64,000 nucleotides of DNA, taken from Candidatus Parcubacteria bacterium (GTDB taxonomy: Bacteria > Patescibacteriota > Minisyncoccia > UBA6257 > 2-01-FULL-56-20). The translations under genes and the position numbers were made by a program. The notes under the pieces were generated by a model, which saw only the letters and a program-made list of their open reading frames with translations, made no database searches and had not been told where the DNA came from. The stretch lies in contig QZIV01000007.1 of NCBI GenBank assembly GCA_003599135.1, positions 3,944-67,943 on the forward strand, in the 5' to 3' direction. This document shows positions 39,173 through 48,426 of the stretch, in pieces (the stretch's first letter is position 1; the number at the start of each line of letters is the position of its first letter).

Positions 39173-40064
39173 GTGGATGAATGGAAAGCCTCTTGTGTCT
39201 ATCATCACCCCGGCTTATAACGCCGGGGCTTATCTAGGCGACACCATACGAAGTGTTCTTGCGCAGACGTACTCGAGCTTTGAGCACATCGTTGTTGACG
39301 ACGGCTCGACTGACGACACCGCAAAAGTCGTTCGTGCAATTTCAGATCCTCGTATAAAATATCTCTATCAGAAGAACAGCGGGCAGTCCAGTGCTCGCAA
39401 TGCCGGCATCGCGGCGGCGAAGGGCAAGTATATCGCTTTTCTTGACGCTGACGACCTATTTCTACCAGGGAAGCTTTCTGAGCAGGTGAATTATCTGGAA
39501 ACGAACCCGAACTGCGATTTCTGTTATTGCAAGATATATCATTTTTTCCACGACGAGCCGGATAGGCTTTATTATCTCAAAATGGAACATCCCTCAGGAT
39601 ATCTTTTCGGCAGACTGCTCATGACAAACTTTATCAATCCTCTGAGCGCGGTAGTGCGCAGAGACATTTTCGAAAAACATGGCGCTTTCGAACCTTCGTA
39701 TCGATGGGCCGATGAGCAATATGTATGGCTGAAATTGTCGTATCGAAAGGTGAGATTTTGCTACATAGACAAAGTGCTTGCGTACTATCGGCTTCATCGC
39801 CAAAGTTTCACCAATCGGCCGAGATATTTCCTAGAATCCCAGAAAGAGTGCTTACAAATCCTCAAGGTCGTCAAGACATGGATGAGCGAAGCAGAAGTGG
39901 AAGAATATCAGATAAACAAGCTGGAACGAAAACGAAGAATACGCATAGTGCTTGGGATGTTGATGGCGAGCGGGAACCTATTGACACGGCCTCTACTTGC
40001 CCTGTACCTGCTGAACCGAAGAAGAAAACTAAAATACGTTGGGAACGGAACAAGCACAACATGA
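39159..40064 (+). CDS. Glycosyltransferase family 2
   Basis: Contains VSIITPAYNAGAYL, VVDDGSTDDT and DADD motifs. Confidence 0.8.
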   Translation: MNCIRWMNGKPLVSIITPAYNAGAYLGDTIRSVLAQTYSSFEHIVVDDGSTDDTAKVVRAISDPRIKYLYQKNSGQSSARNAGIAAAKGKYIAFLDADDLFLPGKLSEQVNYLETNPNCDFCYCKIYHFFHDEPDRLYYLKMEHPSGYLFGRLLMTNFINPLSAVVRRDIFEKHGAFEPSYRWADEQYVWLKLSYRKVRFCYIDKVLAYYRLHRQSFTNRPRYFLESQKECLQILKVVKTWMSEAEVEEYQINKLERKRRIRIVLGMLMASGNLLTRPLLALYLLNRRRKLKYVGNGTSTT

Positions 40065-41068
40065 AAGTTCTGTGGCAAATTAACTACGAGACGGGTTTGG
40101 GTGCTGATCGCTGGATTGTGAGCGGTTATAAAGCCGCGTTTGAAGATCTTGGGCACGCGTTTTTCTTCTGGCAGAGCCACGAAGATTTGGACGAGAGACT
40201 TCGCGAGGTCAAGCCGGATATATTGGTGATTTCTCAACGGAGTATCAGGTACAAAGTCCTTCCCGTGTTGAAAACGGCCCGCGCAGACGGTACGAAAGTA
40301 TTCATTTGGGTTGATTCTCTCTTTTACCAGGAACCCGAAGCCGCCGACATTCTCACGCACGACGATCCCGGAGACGTGTACCATGGCGAAACCGAAGAGC
40401 CTTGGATGGAACGATTCCGGAAAGAGACCGGGAAACGGTATACGGTTACGCCAAACGCCGCCAATCATCGTCTCCACTTTCCGACAAAACCAGTAAAGAA
40501 GTATGAATGCGACATCGCATTCCTGGGAGCGAACTTGCCCTCGAAGCAAGAAGCCTTCAAAACACTCCTCTTCCCGCTCGTGAAGAGACATCGCGTGAGG
40601 ATCTACGGACCGGGCTGGACCTTTTCCGATCACGTTCTGCGGTCACTCGCGGGGATATGCCGGAAGGCGGGATGGATGAAGGGAAACGACTGGCTCAGCC
40701 GGAAACGCATCAGCGTCCCGCCGGAAGAGGAAAACCAGCTCTATTCGTCGGCGAAAGTGGCGATCAATTTCCATGAGCGAGGGGAAACACTGAAAACGCA
40801 CGTCATTTTGAACGAACGGACGTTCAAAATACCTGCGTGCGGAGGATTTGAGATTTGCGATTTCGTACCACCGCTCCGGAAATACTTCACGGAAGACGAA
40901 ATGGTTATGGCGGAAGACGACGGAGACTGGTTTGAAAAAATCGATTATTATTTACATCACGAAAACGAGAGAAAGAAAATTCAAGCCGCAGGAACAGCGA
41001 GAGCCAGACGGGACCATACCTATCTGAATCGAGCAGAACAGATGCTCAAATGCCTCAATCTCAAGTAA
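40061..41068 (+). CDS. CgeB-like (DUF3880 / Glyco_trans_1_2) glycosyltransferase-family protein
   Basis: The C-terminal NERTFKIPACGGF...YYLHHENERKKIQAAG..RRDHTY block is characteristic of the CgeB family. The ATG overlaps the GT2 stop (ATGA), and the track's upstream extension crosses GT2 in another frame. Confidence 0.55.
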   Translation: MKVLWQINYETGLGADRWIVSGYKAAFEDLGHAFFFWQSHEDLDERLREVKPDILVISQRSIRYKVLPVLKTARADGTKVFIWVDSLFYQEPEAADILTHDDPGDVYHGETEEPWMERFRKETGKRYTVTPNAANHRLHFPTKPVKKYECDIAFLGANLPSKQEAFKTLLFPLVKRHRVRIYGPGWTFSDHVLRSLAGICRKAGWMKGNDWLSRKRISVPPEEENQLYSSAKVAINFHERGETLKTHVILNERTFKIPACGGFEICDFVPPLRKYFTEDEMVMAEDDGDWFEKIDYYLHHENERKKIQAAGTARARRDHTYLNRAEQMLKCLNLK

Positions 41069-42537
41069 TTCAGCGCGAAAGTCGCACCGAAGTGACGGGT
41101 AATTTTTTCTACCGCGCTGCCTCTTTTTTGTTTTTACTCGCGATCGTATCGCTTGTGTGGCGGAGAAATCACTTCGTGAACTTCGGAGAATACACGCCTA
41201 CGGTAAAATTCACTGAAGTCTCCGCCTTTTTGGCACTCATTGCCGTGGTTCTCGCGTTGATTTTTTCTAAATCTTTGCGCCGGAACGAGGCGCGGAACGC
41301 CCTGCTTGCGTACTGGGGTAAATACTTTCTTCTCTTTTCCGTTTTTCTCGCCGTAGGATCGTTCTGGACTCTTTTGTTTTTGCATCGGGGCCTCGAAAGC
41401 ATCGATGTACTGCAGTACGGGCGGATATTCTTCGGTATGACGTTGTTCTTCCTCGCTCTTTTCCTTGGGTTTGGCAGGCCGTCGTACGCAAGACTCCTCG
41501 TGCTCTCTTTTTTGTCTGCGATCGCACTTCTTCCGGTTCTTTTTCTTTCTGAAGATGTCGTTGTGCGGAACTATCTGATCGTTTCTCCCAGTAGCTACAC
41601 GTTACTCGCGTCGCAACCGGGCACAATCGTTCTTGGATCATTTCTGATTTTCCCGGCTGTAATCCTTTTTTCACTTTTCGTGGCGGGAAAGGGTTTCAAA
41701 AAAGTCGTTTCTTACGTTGGCGCTATGTTACTGATGAGTCTGGTGCTTTGGACCGGCTCTCGCGCCGCTTGGCTGGGGACACTCTTCGGTTGTTTTGTTG
41801 TTGTGGGCGTTTATGCGTATTGGAAAAAGTCCCAAAAGGAAGTGTGGATATATTCGCTCGCCGTGATTCTCATGCTCATTTGCTCGTTCCTTATACTTCC
41901 GCGCCTTGCTCGCAATACTGTCCTCGTGAGGGTTTTCCCTGACTTGAGGGTTGACGTCCAGCTCGATAGAAAAGTTCTGGAAAAAATAGCGGCGTCGCCC
42001 GACGAGCTTACTTTGGATCGTATCGCTTTCCTCTGGCTTCGGTTGCCTACGCGGTACTATTTCACGGCACACCGGCCGAAACCCGAGCTTGGTTTTTACG
42101 ATGGGAGAGGGCAGATTTGGATCGAGCATGCGAAAGAAGCTGCCCTGAATCCGTTAGGCTTGGGACCTGCATATGCTGATGTGCTCTCGAGCGAGAAACC
42201 CGCTGGTTTTTCTGAAACATTAAGCTATGCGAGATCGGCGAACGCGCATAATCTGTGGTTGCAGGTTCTTTTGAGCGCCGGAGTCGGCGGGCTGGCAGTT
42301 TTTCTTTTCATGACGGTTGATATATTGCGGAAACTTTTCGTCCTCGTGAAGTCGAATTATGCCACAATAACCCTATGGCTCGCGGGTGGGGTCGTCGGCA
42401 TTTTGATTAATCTGTTCTTTATCGACGGCCTCGAACTTCGCTGGTTGTGGGTACTTTTTGCTCTGGTTGTCCTCGTGCATGAAAACTTCCTCCGTTTTCG
42501 CGGTCAAGGCGCGCAAGAGAGCATTTCTTCCGTATGA
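41050..42537 (+). CDS. O-antigen ligase/polymerase family (Wzy/WaaL-like) membrane protein
   Basis: Twelve or more TM helices and a LWTGSRAAWLG block resembling the Wzy_C signature. Confidence 0.6.
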   Translation: MPQSQVIQRESRTEVTGNFFYRAASFLFLLAIVSLVWRRNHFVNFGEYTPTVKFTEVSAFLALIAVVLALIFSKSLRRNEARNALLAYWGKYFLLFSVFLAVGSFWTLLFLHRGLESIDVLQYGRIFFGMTLFFLALFLGFGRPSYARLLVLSFLSAIALLPVLFLSEDVVVRNYLIVSPSSYTLLASQPGTIVLGSFLIFPAVILFSLFVAGKGFKKVVSYVGAMLLMSLVLWTGSRAAWLGTLFGCFVVVGVYAYWKKSQKEVWIYSLAVILMLICSFLILPRLARNTVLVRVFPDLRVDVQLDRKVLEKIAASPDELTLDRIAFLWLRLPTRYYFTAHRPKPELGFYDGRGQIWIEHAKEAALNPLGLGPAYADVLSSEKPAGFSETLSYARSANAHNLWLQVLLSAGVGGLAVFLFMTVDILRKLFVLVKSNYATITLWLAGGVVGILINLFFIDGLELRWLWVLFALVVLVHENFLRFRGQGAQESISSV

Positions 42538-43577
42538 AAGTTTTTTACGCCGGATTGCGCTACAACTACTATGACTCGAAACGCGGGGTAAGCTTCGAAC
42601 ATGAAAATTTCTATGAGAGTTTACACGCCTTCCCCGGCGCGGAAGTGAGATACTTTCCTTTCGAGCGGATTCTCGAAGTGGGCAAAACAAGATTTAACGA
42701 GGAGATCCTCGAGGCTGCGAAAAAAGAGAGGCCGGATATCCTTTTCGTATTCACATACTCCGATGAGTTCGACTTTACAATCCTCGACGAAATTCGGAAA
42801 TACACAATAAGTGTTGCGTGGTTCGCCGATGACAGCTGGCGCTTCCACAACTACTCGAAGTTCTTAGCTCCGCATTTCAGCTGGGCGGTGACAACGTACT
42901 CTTGGATGCCGGAACTTTACAGGCGAGCCGGACAAAAAAACGTCGTCAGATCCCAGTGGGCCGCGAGCACGAACATTTACAAACGCGACGAGAAAGATGG
43001 CGGAGAAGAGGTGTTGTTCATAGGCGGCTGGACAAAGGGTCGAGAAAAAATAGTAGAAAAACTAAAAGCGTCGAATATCTCTGTTGCGGTGTACGGTCAA
43101 GGATGGAGCACGAGGCGTGTGAGCAGGGAAGAGATGATCAGGCTTTTTTCTACGAGCAATATCAATTTGGGTCTTAACCCTCCGCCGGGATACTGGGCGA
43201 TAAATTCTCTCGGCCGCCTGTTTTCCCGAGCGTCAATCGACAGAATCGTTCCGGACTTCCACATCGTGCGTAACATCCAATCATGGCTGTCGAGAGGCAT
43301 TCCCCAAATTAAGGCACGCCACTTTGAGATTCCAGCCTGTGGCGGTTTCTTGATGACCGAAATGGCTGACGATCTTGATTCTTTCTACGTGCCTGGCAAA
43401 GAAATCGTGATTTATAAAGGAATGGATGACATGATCAAAAAAATCCGTTATTATCTAACGCACGATGCGGAAAGGAGTGAAATCGCGGAGCGCGGATACA
43501 AACGAACACTCCGTGATCATACCTATGAAAAGCGTTTTCGAGAAATTTTTCGTACCGTCGGTGTCTTGCGAGAGTGA
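42534..43577 (+). CDS. CgeB-like glycosyltransferase-family protein (paralog 2)
   Basis: ARHFEIPACGGF...YYLTHDAERSEIAERGYKRTLRDHTY matches the same C-terminal family block as 40061..41068. It overlaps the upstream gene by 4 nt. Confidence 0.55.
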   Translation: MKVFYAGLRYNYYDSKRGVSFEHENFYESLHAFPGAEVRYFPFERILEVGKTRFNEEILEAAKKERPDILFVFTYSDEFDFTILDEIRKYTISVAWFADDSWRFHNYSKFLAPHFSWAVTTYSWMPELYRRAGQKNVVRSQWAASTNIYKRDEKDGGEEVLFIGGWTKGREKIVEKLKASNISVAVYGQGWSTRRVSREEMIRLFSTSNINLGLNPPPGYWAINSLGRLFSRASIDRIVPDFHIVRNIQSWLSRGIPQIKARHFEIPACGGFLMTEMADDLDSFYVPGKEIVIYKGMDDMIKKIRYYLTHDAERSEIAERGYKRTLRDHTYEKRFREIFRTVGVLRE

Positions 43578-43609
43578 CCGATTTTGCCCCCGAGGCTTCC
43601 TAACATAAC

Positions 43610-44716
43610 GTGGACAGAATACTCATCACCGGCGGAGCCGGCTTCATCGGGAGCCACACCGCGGACGCGCTCGCTACAAGGGGATACCGCATCCGTATTT
43701 TGGATAACCTTGCACCTCCGGTACACACTGGAAAATGGCCCAAATACGTTTTGGGCAAAGGATACGAACTTCTGAGGGGTGATGTGAGGAAAAAGGGATC
43801 TTGGAGGCGGGCGTTGCGAGGAGTTTCGTTCGTGTATCACCTTGCGGCGTACCAGGATCAGCGACTGGATTTCAGCACGTTTTTCGAGACGAATACGGTA
43901 AGTACAGCAATACTTTACGAGCTTATCGTCGGCGAAAGATTGCCGGTGCGGAAAGTAATTTTGGCAAGCTCCCAGTTTGTCTACGGCGATGGGGAGTATC
44001 GATGTGCTCACTCGCGAGGCACAACATTCTATCCGGAATTGAGGTCGCTCGGGCAGTTGAAAAACAAACAATGGAATATTCTTTGTCCTCACGGGAAAAA
44101 AGCAAGAAACATTCCGTTCCGAGAAGATCAGCGGGTTCTGCCTACAAACTCTTACGGTCTATCAAAGTTTGCCCTCGAGAATGCCGGTTTGAGACTCGGT
44201 AAGACGTACAACATACCCACCGTTGCCTTGCGATACTCGATCGTTCAGGGTCCCCGTCAATCCCCTCGAAATCTTTATTCGGGAGCACTGCGGATTTTCG
44301 TGAGCCAGGCTGTGGCCGGAGTTCCGATTACTGTTTACGAAGATGGGCACGCGACGCGCGATTTTGTGAACATCGACGATGTTGTCAAAGCGAATTTGGC
44401 TGTCCTCAAAAACTCGAAAGCCGACTTTCAAATCTTTAATGTCGGAGGAGGCAGAGCATACGATGTGCTCGATTTTGCGAGAGAGGTAAAAGAAATTACA
44501 GGATCCCCTTCTGAAATTATTGTAGGAGGATTCCGTCGAACGGATACTCGCCACGCGGTTTCAGATATTTCGAAATTAAAAAAACTCGGTTGGAGGCCGC
44601 GCTTTGATACGGAGCGATCGATTAAAACCTACGCGAAGTGGTTTCTCAAAGAGGGATTCGAAAAAACCTTAGATCGAAAAAACCTGCTCGGTCTAAGAAA
44701 AGGGATTCCTCGGTAA
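43610..44716 (+). CDS. NAD-dependent epimerase/dehydratase family protein with a Cys/His-containing insertion
   Basis: ILITGGAGFIGSH and YxxxK (YGLSK). A ~40-aa insert (YRCAHSRG...NILCPHGKK) is absent from canonical extended SDRs. A GTG start is inferred. Confidence 0.6.
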   Translation: MDRILITGGAGFIGSHTADALATRGYRIRILDNLAPPVHTGKWPKYVLGKGYELLRGDVRKKGSWRRALRGVSFVYHLAAYQDQRLDFSTFFETNTVSTAILYELIVGERLPVRKVILASSQFVYGDGEYRCAHSRGTTFYPELRSLGQLKNKQWNILCPHGKKARNIPFREDQRVLPTNSYGLSKFALENAGLRLGKTYNIPTVALRYSIVQGPRQSPRNLYSGALRIFVSQAVAGVPITVYEDGHATRDFVNIDDVVKANLAVLKNSKADFQIFNVGGGRAYDVLDFAREVKEITGSPSEIIVGGFRRTDTRHAVSDISKLKKLGWRPRFDTERSIKTYAKWFLKEGFEKTLDRKNLLGLRKGIPR

Positions 44717-44756
44717 TTTTGTTGACAATACCCTTCGCTCGTTTTACGCTTCTTGC

Positions 44757-45779
44757 ATGATCGTTGTCCGCGCACCAATGCGCATCAGTTTCGTGGGAGG
44801 CGGCACCGACCTCCCCGATTTTTACCGTCGTTCTCCGGGACGGGTGATTTCCACCGCGATCGACAAGTTTGTCTACGTAGTCATCAATCGGACCCCGCTC
44901 TTGGATCAAGTTTCTGCGCGGTACTCCGTGTCGGAAACCGTTCCCCACGCGAAAGATTTGAAACATACGCGAATCAAAGCGGCGCTTCTCGATCTTGGAA
45001 TCGAAAAGGGTATCGAGATCGCGTCATTCGCAACGCTCCCTTCGAAAACGGGCCTCGGATCTTCTTCGAGTTTTTCCGTAGCCCTCATGAAGGGGCTACA
45101 CGCGTACCTGGGGCGGAAACTCGACAAAGGAGAGACAGCGGAGGCCGCGAGCCGCCTTGAAATAGAGCTCGTCGGAGAGCCGATAGGCAAACAGGATCAA
45201 TACGCCGCCTCGTTCGGAGGATTGAACGTAATCCAGTTCAACTCGGATGAGTCAGTCGATGTCGATCCGGTGCTTATGGATTACAAGCTGCGCCTCGCCC
45301 TCGAAAACCATCTCCTTGTATTCTTTACCGGCGTGACCCGCGCGGCTTCGAGCGTTCTTACCGAGCAGAAATCGAATATAGATAAGAAATTCGACACGCT
45401 CCGCGAGATGGCGGACACGGTAGAGGAGTTTAGGGATCGCCTGCTCCGGGGCGACTTTAAGGGGCTTGGGGAGGTACTCCATAAAGCCTGGCTCAAGAAA
45501 AAAACACTCGCCTCGAACGTTTCGAATCCGGTGATTGATGAACTCTATGAAACGGGGATAAGTCACGGTGCGTGGGGCGGTAAGATTTTAGGGGCGGGAA
45601 GCGGCGGTTGTATAATGTTCCTTGTACCTCCGGAGAAACACGCCGAAATTAGGAAAACAATTCAAGCCGTCGCAAAGAAGCACAACCTGACAGATTTTCG
45701 GGAAATCCCGATTAAGTTTGTACAATCCGGCGCCGAAGTTCTTTTCAATGGCGACCATTTTCATAGGCTAAGCATGTAA
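44757..45779 (+). CDS. hddA: D-glycero-alpha-D-manno-heptose 7-phosphate kinase (GHMP kinase)
   Basis: PMRISFVGGGTDLPDFY and PSKTGLGSSSSFSVAL (GHMP motif 2). The adjacent gmhA, gmhB and hddC genes support the assignment. Confidence 0.7.
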   Translation: MIVVRAPMRISFVGGGTDLPDFYRRSPGRVISTAIDKFVYVVINRTPLLDQVSARYSVSETVPHAKDLKHTRIKAALLDLGIEKGIEIASFATLPSKTGLGSSSSFSVALMKGLHAYLGRKLDKGETAEAASRLEIELVGEPIGKQDQYAASFGGLNVIQFNSDESVDVDPVLMDYKLRLALENHLLVFFTGVTRAASSVLTEQKSNIDKKFDTLREMADTVEEFRDRLLRGDFKGLGEVLHKAWLKKKTLASNVSNPVIDELYETGISHGAWGGKILGAGSGGCIMFLVPPEKHAEIRKTIQAVAKKHNLTDFREIPIKFVQSGAEVLFNGDHFHRLSM

Positions 45780-45785
45780 AAAAGA

Positions 45786-46394
45786 ATGGAAGAGTTCATC
45801 AAAAGTTTTGCCGATAAAGTGAGAGCGTCTCTCGAAAATCTCCCCTCGAAGGAGATTGCAAAAGCCCTAAACATTCTTCAAGCCGTCTATGAGCGCGACG
45901 GAAGGATCTACGTTTTCGGGAATGGCGGGTCGCTCGCAATTGCAACCCACTGGGTGAGTGATTTCAATAAAACTGTTTTCAGCCACCACCTCGACAAACC
46001 CGCGCGCCGGTTTCAGGCAATCCGACTTCCGACGACCGAGGCGGAACTCACTGCATGGGCAAACGATGTCGGATTCGATATGGTCTTTGTCGGCCCACTC
46101 AAGAATTATCTTCAGGACTCCGATGTCGTTGTTGGAATCTCAAGTTCCGGCAACTCTCCGAATGTTGTGAAAGCAGTTGAGTTTGCGAAAGAGCACAAAG
46201 TCCCCGTGATCGGCCTCTCGGGATTCGACGGAGGGAAACTGAACGATCTTGCGGACGCAAAGATCCTTGTCCCCACCCCGAAAGACGAGTACGAACTTGT
46301 AGAAGTGGTTCACACGGCCATTTTTCACCTTATGACGGTATATTTTAAGGATTATTTCGATCATCTCGTTGAGCGCGAAGCGGCTCAAAAATAG
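45786..46394 (+). CDS. gmhA: Sedoheptulose-7-phosphate isomerase (SIS domain)
   Basis: IYVFGNGGSLAIATH in a ~200-aa SIS fold. Confidence 0.75.
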   Translation: MEEFIKSFADKVRASLENLPSKEIAKALNILQAVYERDGRIYVFGNGGSLAIATHWVSDFNKTVFSHHLDKPARRFQAIRLPTTEAELTAWANDVGFDMVFVGPLKNYLQDSDVVVGISSSGNSPNVVKAVEFAKEHKVPVIGLSGFDGGKLNDLADAKILVPTPKDEYELVEVVHTAIFHLMTVYFKDYFDHLVEREAAQK

Positions 46395-46397
46395 CGC

Positions 46398-46961
46398 ATG
46401 AGGAGAGCGGTGTTTTTGGATCGGGATGGAGTCATCAACCGCGAGGTTGATGTCCTCCGGAGCGTAAAACAACTCCGCCTTCTTCCGAGGGTCGCCGAAG
46501 CGATCCAGAGACTGAACGAAGCCGGCTTTCTCGTCGTTATCGTAACCAATCAGCCCGTTGTTGCCCGAGGATGGCTTACCGAAAAAGAGGTTGATGGGAT
46601 CCACGAGATTCTCCTCCGAAGGCTCCAGGGGAAGGGCGCGAGAGTCGATGCTGTCTACTATTGTCCGCATCACCCGAACGCAAATCTCAAACGGTACCGC
46701 AGGAAGTGCAGCTGCCGGAAGCCGAATCCCGGACTTTTTATAAAGGCGGCAAAGAAGTTCAAGATAGGCCTTAAGAAAAGTTTCTCCGTGGGTGATATGA
46801 TGTGGGATATTTTGGCGGGAAAGCGTGCGGGGACCACGACTATTCTTGTGGAAACCGGGTATGGAGGAAAAGATAAGAAGCTCGCAATCGAAGTGAGTCC
46901 GGACTATACTGCGAAAAACCTCTACGAAGCGGTTCGAATCATTAAGCGCTATGCAAAATAA
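46398..46961 (+). CDS. gmhB: D,D-heptose 1,7-bisphosphate phosphatase (HAD, HisB-like)
   Basis: AVFLDRDGVIN, VVIVTNQP and YYCPHHP (Zn-binding motif of GmhB). Confidence 0.8.
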   Translation: MRRAVFLDRDGVINREVDVLRSVKQLRLLPRVAEAIQRLNEAGFLVVIVTNQPVVARGWLTEKEVDGIHEILLRRLQGKGARVDAVYYCPHHPNANLKRYRRKCSCRKPNPGLFIKAAKKFKIGLKKSFSVGDMMWDILAGKRAGTTTILVETGYGGKDKKLAIEVSPDYTAKNLYEAVRIIKRYAK

Positions 46962-47688
46962 AATTACTCAAGCAGTGCTTCTCTCTGCGGGCCTTGGCAC
47001 GCGCTTGAGGCCTCTCACCGACACGGTTCCCAAAGTGATGGTGCCTTTGGCCGGAAAGCCCCTCCTTCTGCACCACATGGATCAGCTGAAGCGCTTCGGC
47101 GTGAACGAGTTTTTCATAAATTTGTTCTACTTACCCGATGTTATCACAAGCTACTTCGGTGACGGATCAAAGTTCGGGTTTAAGGTCCACTACTTCCTTG
47201 AAAAACCTGAGATTTTAGGAACCGCTGGCGGAGTCAAGAACTTTGAGGAACTCCTGGGCGACAACTTCCTCGTTCTTTACGGGGATACGTTCTATGAAAT
47301 TGATTATGGACGACTCTTCGAGTTTTATTTGTCTCACCCCGACGCATTTGGGATGGGAACGGCTCGGAAGACCGATCATCCGTGGGATTCCGATCTCGGT
47401 GTTTTGGGCGACGACGGAAAAGTTCTGAAGTTTCTTATTAAGCCGCACAAGGAGCTCCCCGAGAACTACTGGGGGATGTCCGCGCCGTATGTGTTCGAAA
47501 AGAAAGTACTGGAGTATGTTCCGGCTGGGGCGTATTACGAAATTGCCCACAACCTCGTGCCGGATCTTCTGGCTCGTGGGTACCATTACTACGCGTATAC
47601 GCTCCGAGAGGGCGAATTCCGAAAAGACATTGGCACGATAGAGCGATACAGGGAAGTTGAAGAATATTTAGAACGGAAACGGGGCTGA
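46951..47688 (+). CDS. hddC: D-glycero-alpha-D-manno-heptose 1-phosphate guanylyltransferase
   Basis: LSAGLGTRLRPLT...PK.MVPLAGKP (NTP-transferase) in ~245 aa. It overlaps gmhB by 11 nt. Confidence 0.65.
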   Translation: MQNKITQAVLLSAGLGTRLRPLTDTVPKVMVPLAGKPLLLHHMDQLKRFGVNEFFINLFYLPDVITSYFGDGSKFGFKVHYFLEKPEILGTAGGVKNFEELLGDNFLVLYGDTFYEIDYGRLFEFYLSHPDAFGMGTARKTDHPWDSDLGVLGDDGKVLKFLIKPHKELPENYWGMSAPYVFEKKVLEYVPAGAYYEIAHNLVPDLLARGYHYYAYTLREGEFRKDIGTIERYREVEEYLERKRG

Positions 47689-47691
47689 CGC

Positions 47692-48414
47692 TTATGCGTG
47701 AGCCCCGTGTTGATTGTTGAGGTTTTGGATCAGTGCGCGAATATTGATTTCGCGCCAATCAGTGAAAACTCTTTTTGCACCCGCCTGGAGGAGAGGAACG
47801 ACGGTTTCATACCGATTGAGAACTGGTATGCCGATCGCCCTTGATCCGGCCCTGATGGCTGCGGTGACGCCGCGCGGAGAGTCCTCGAAGACTAGCTGAT
47901 GTTCTGGTGGAATGTCCATTCGCCGTGCCGTTTCCAAGAATACATCCGGCGCTGGTTTTACTTCCTTCACGGCTTCCCGGAGTACGATGGTGCCGCGTTG
48001 GAAGTGGTTGATCAAACCGGATTGCTCAAGAAGAAACATAGCTTCTTCCGTCCGAGTGAGCGACCCGATCGCAAAGGGGAGACAGAGTATCCGTAGTTCG
48101 GTGAGAACATCGAGAAGACCTGGACGAGGCTCGATCTTGGTGGTGTTGAGAATTAACTTGTAGTGAAATTTGTCTCGTTCGAGGAATTGGCGGCAGAACT
48201 CTTCTTCCGGTACGAGTTTGTCGCTCAAGGCCCAGATGTCCCGAGCCACTGCTTCGTCGGGTCCACCGATGAAGTGCAGAACGCTCGTGAGCGCGGATTC
48301 GATTGTGAGCGACACGCCGAGTTCCTTTGCTGACAAGATATGCCCTTCGAAATGAGCCCGCTCCACATCGACGACTGGCCCCTCGAGATCAAAAGCGACA
48401 CCGAGGATCTTCAA
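47692..48414 (-). CDS. HAD-IA family hydrolase (beta-phosphoglucomutase / sugar-phosphatase-like)
   Basis: An N-terminal FDLEG (DxD-type nucleophile motif) and a C-terminal FEDSPRGVTAAIRAG. Confidence 0.65.
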   Translation of the reverse strand: MKILGVAFDLEGPVVDVERAHFEGHILSAKELGVSLTIESALTSVLHFIGGPDEAVARDIWALSDKLVPEEEFCRQFLERDKFHYKLILNTTKIEPRPGLLDVLTELRILCLPFAIGSLTRTEEAMFLLEQSGLINHFQRGTIVLREAVKEVKPAPDVFLETARRMDIPPEHQLVFEDSPRGVTAAIRAGSRAIGIPVLNRYETVVPLLQAGAKRVFTDWREINIRALIQNLNNQHGAHA

Positions 48415-48426
48415 GTAACACCTCCT

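Noticed and set aside
39725-40060. Upstream 112-codon extension of the CgeB-like ORF (track start 39725)
   Set aside because: It overlaps the GT2 gene in another frame. The ATG at 40061 gives a classic ATGA stop/start overlap and the conserved protein begins there.
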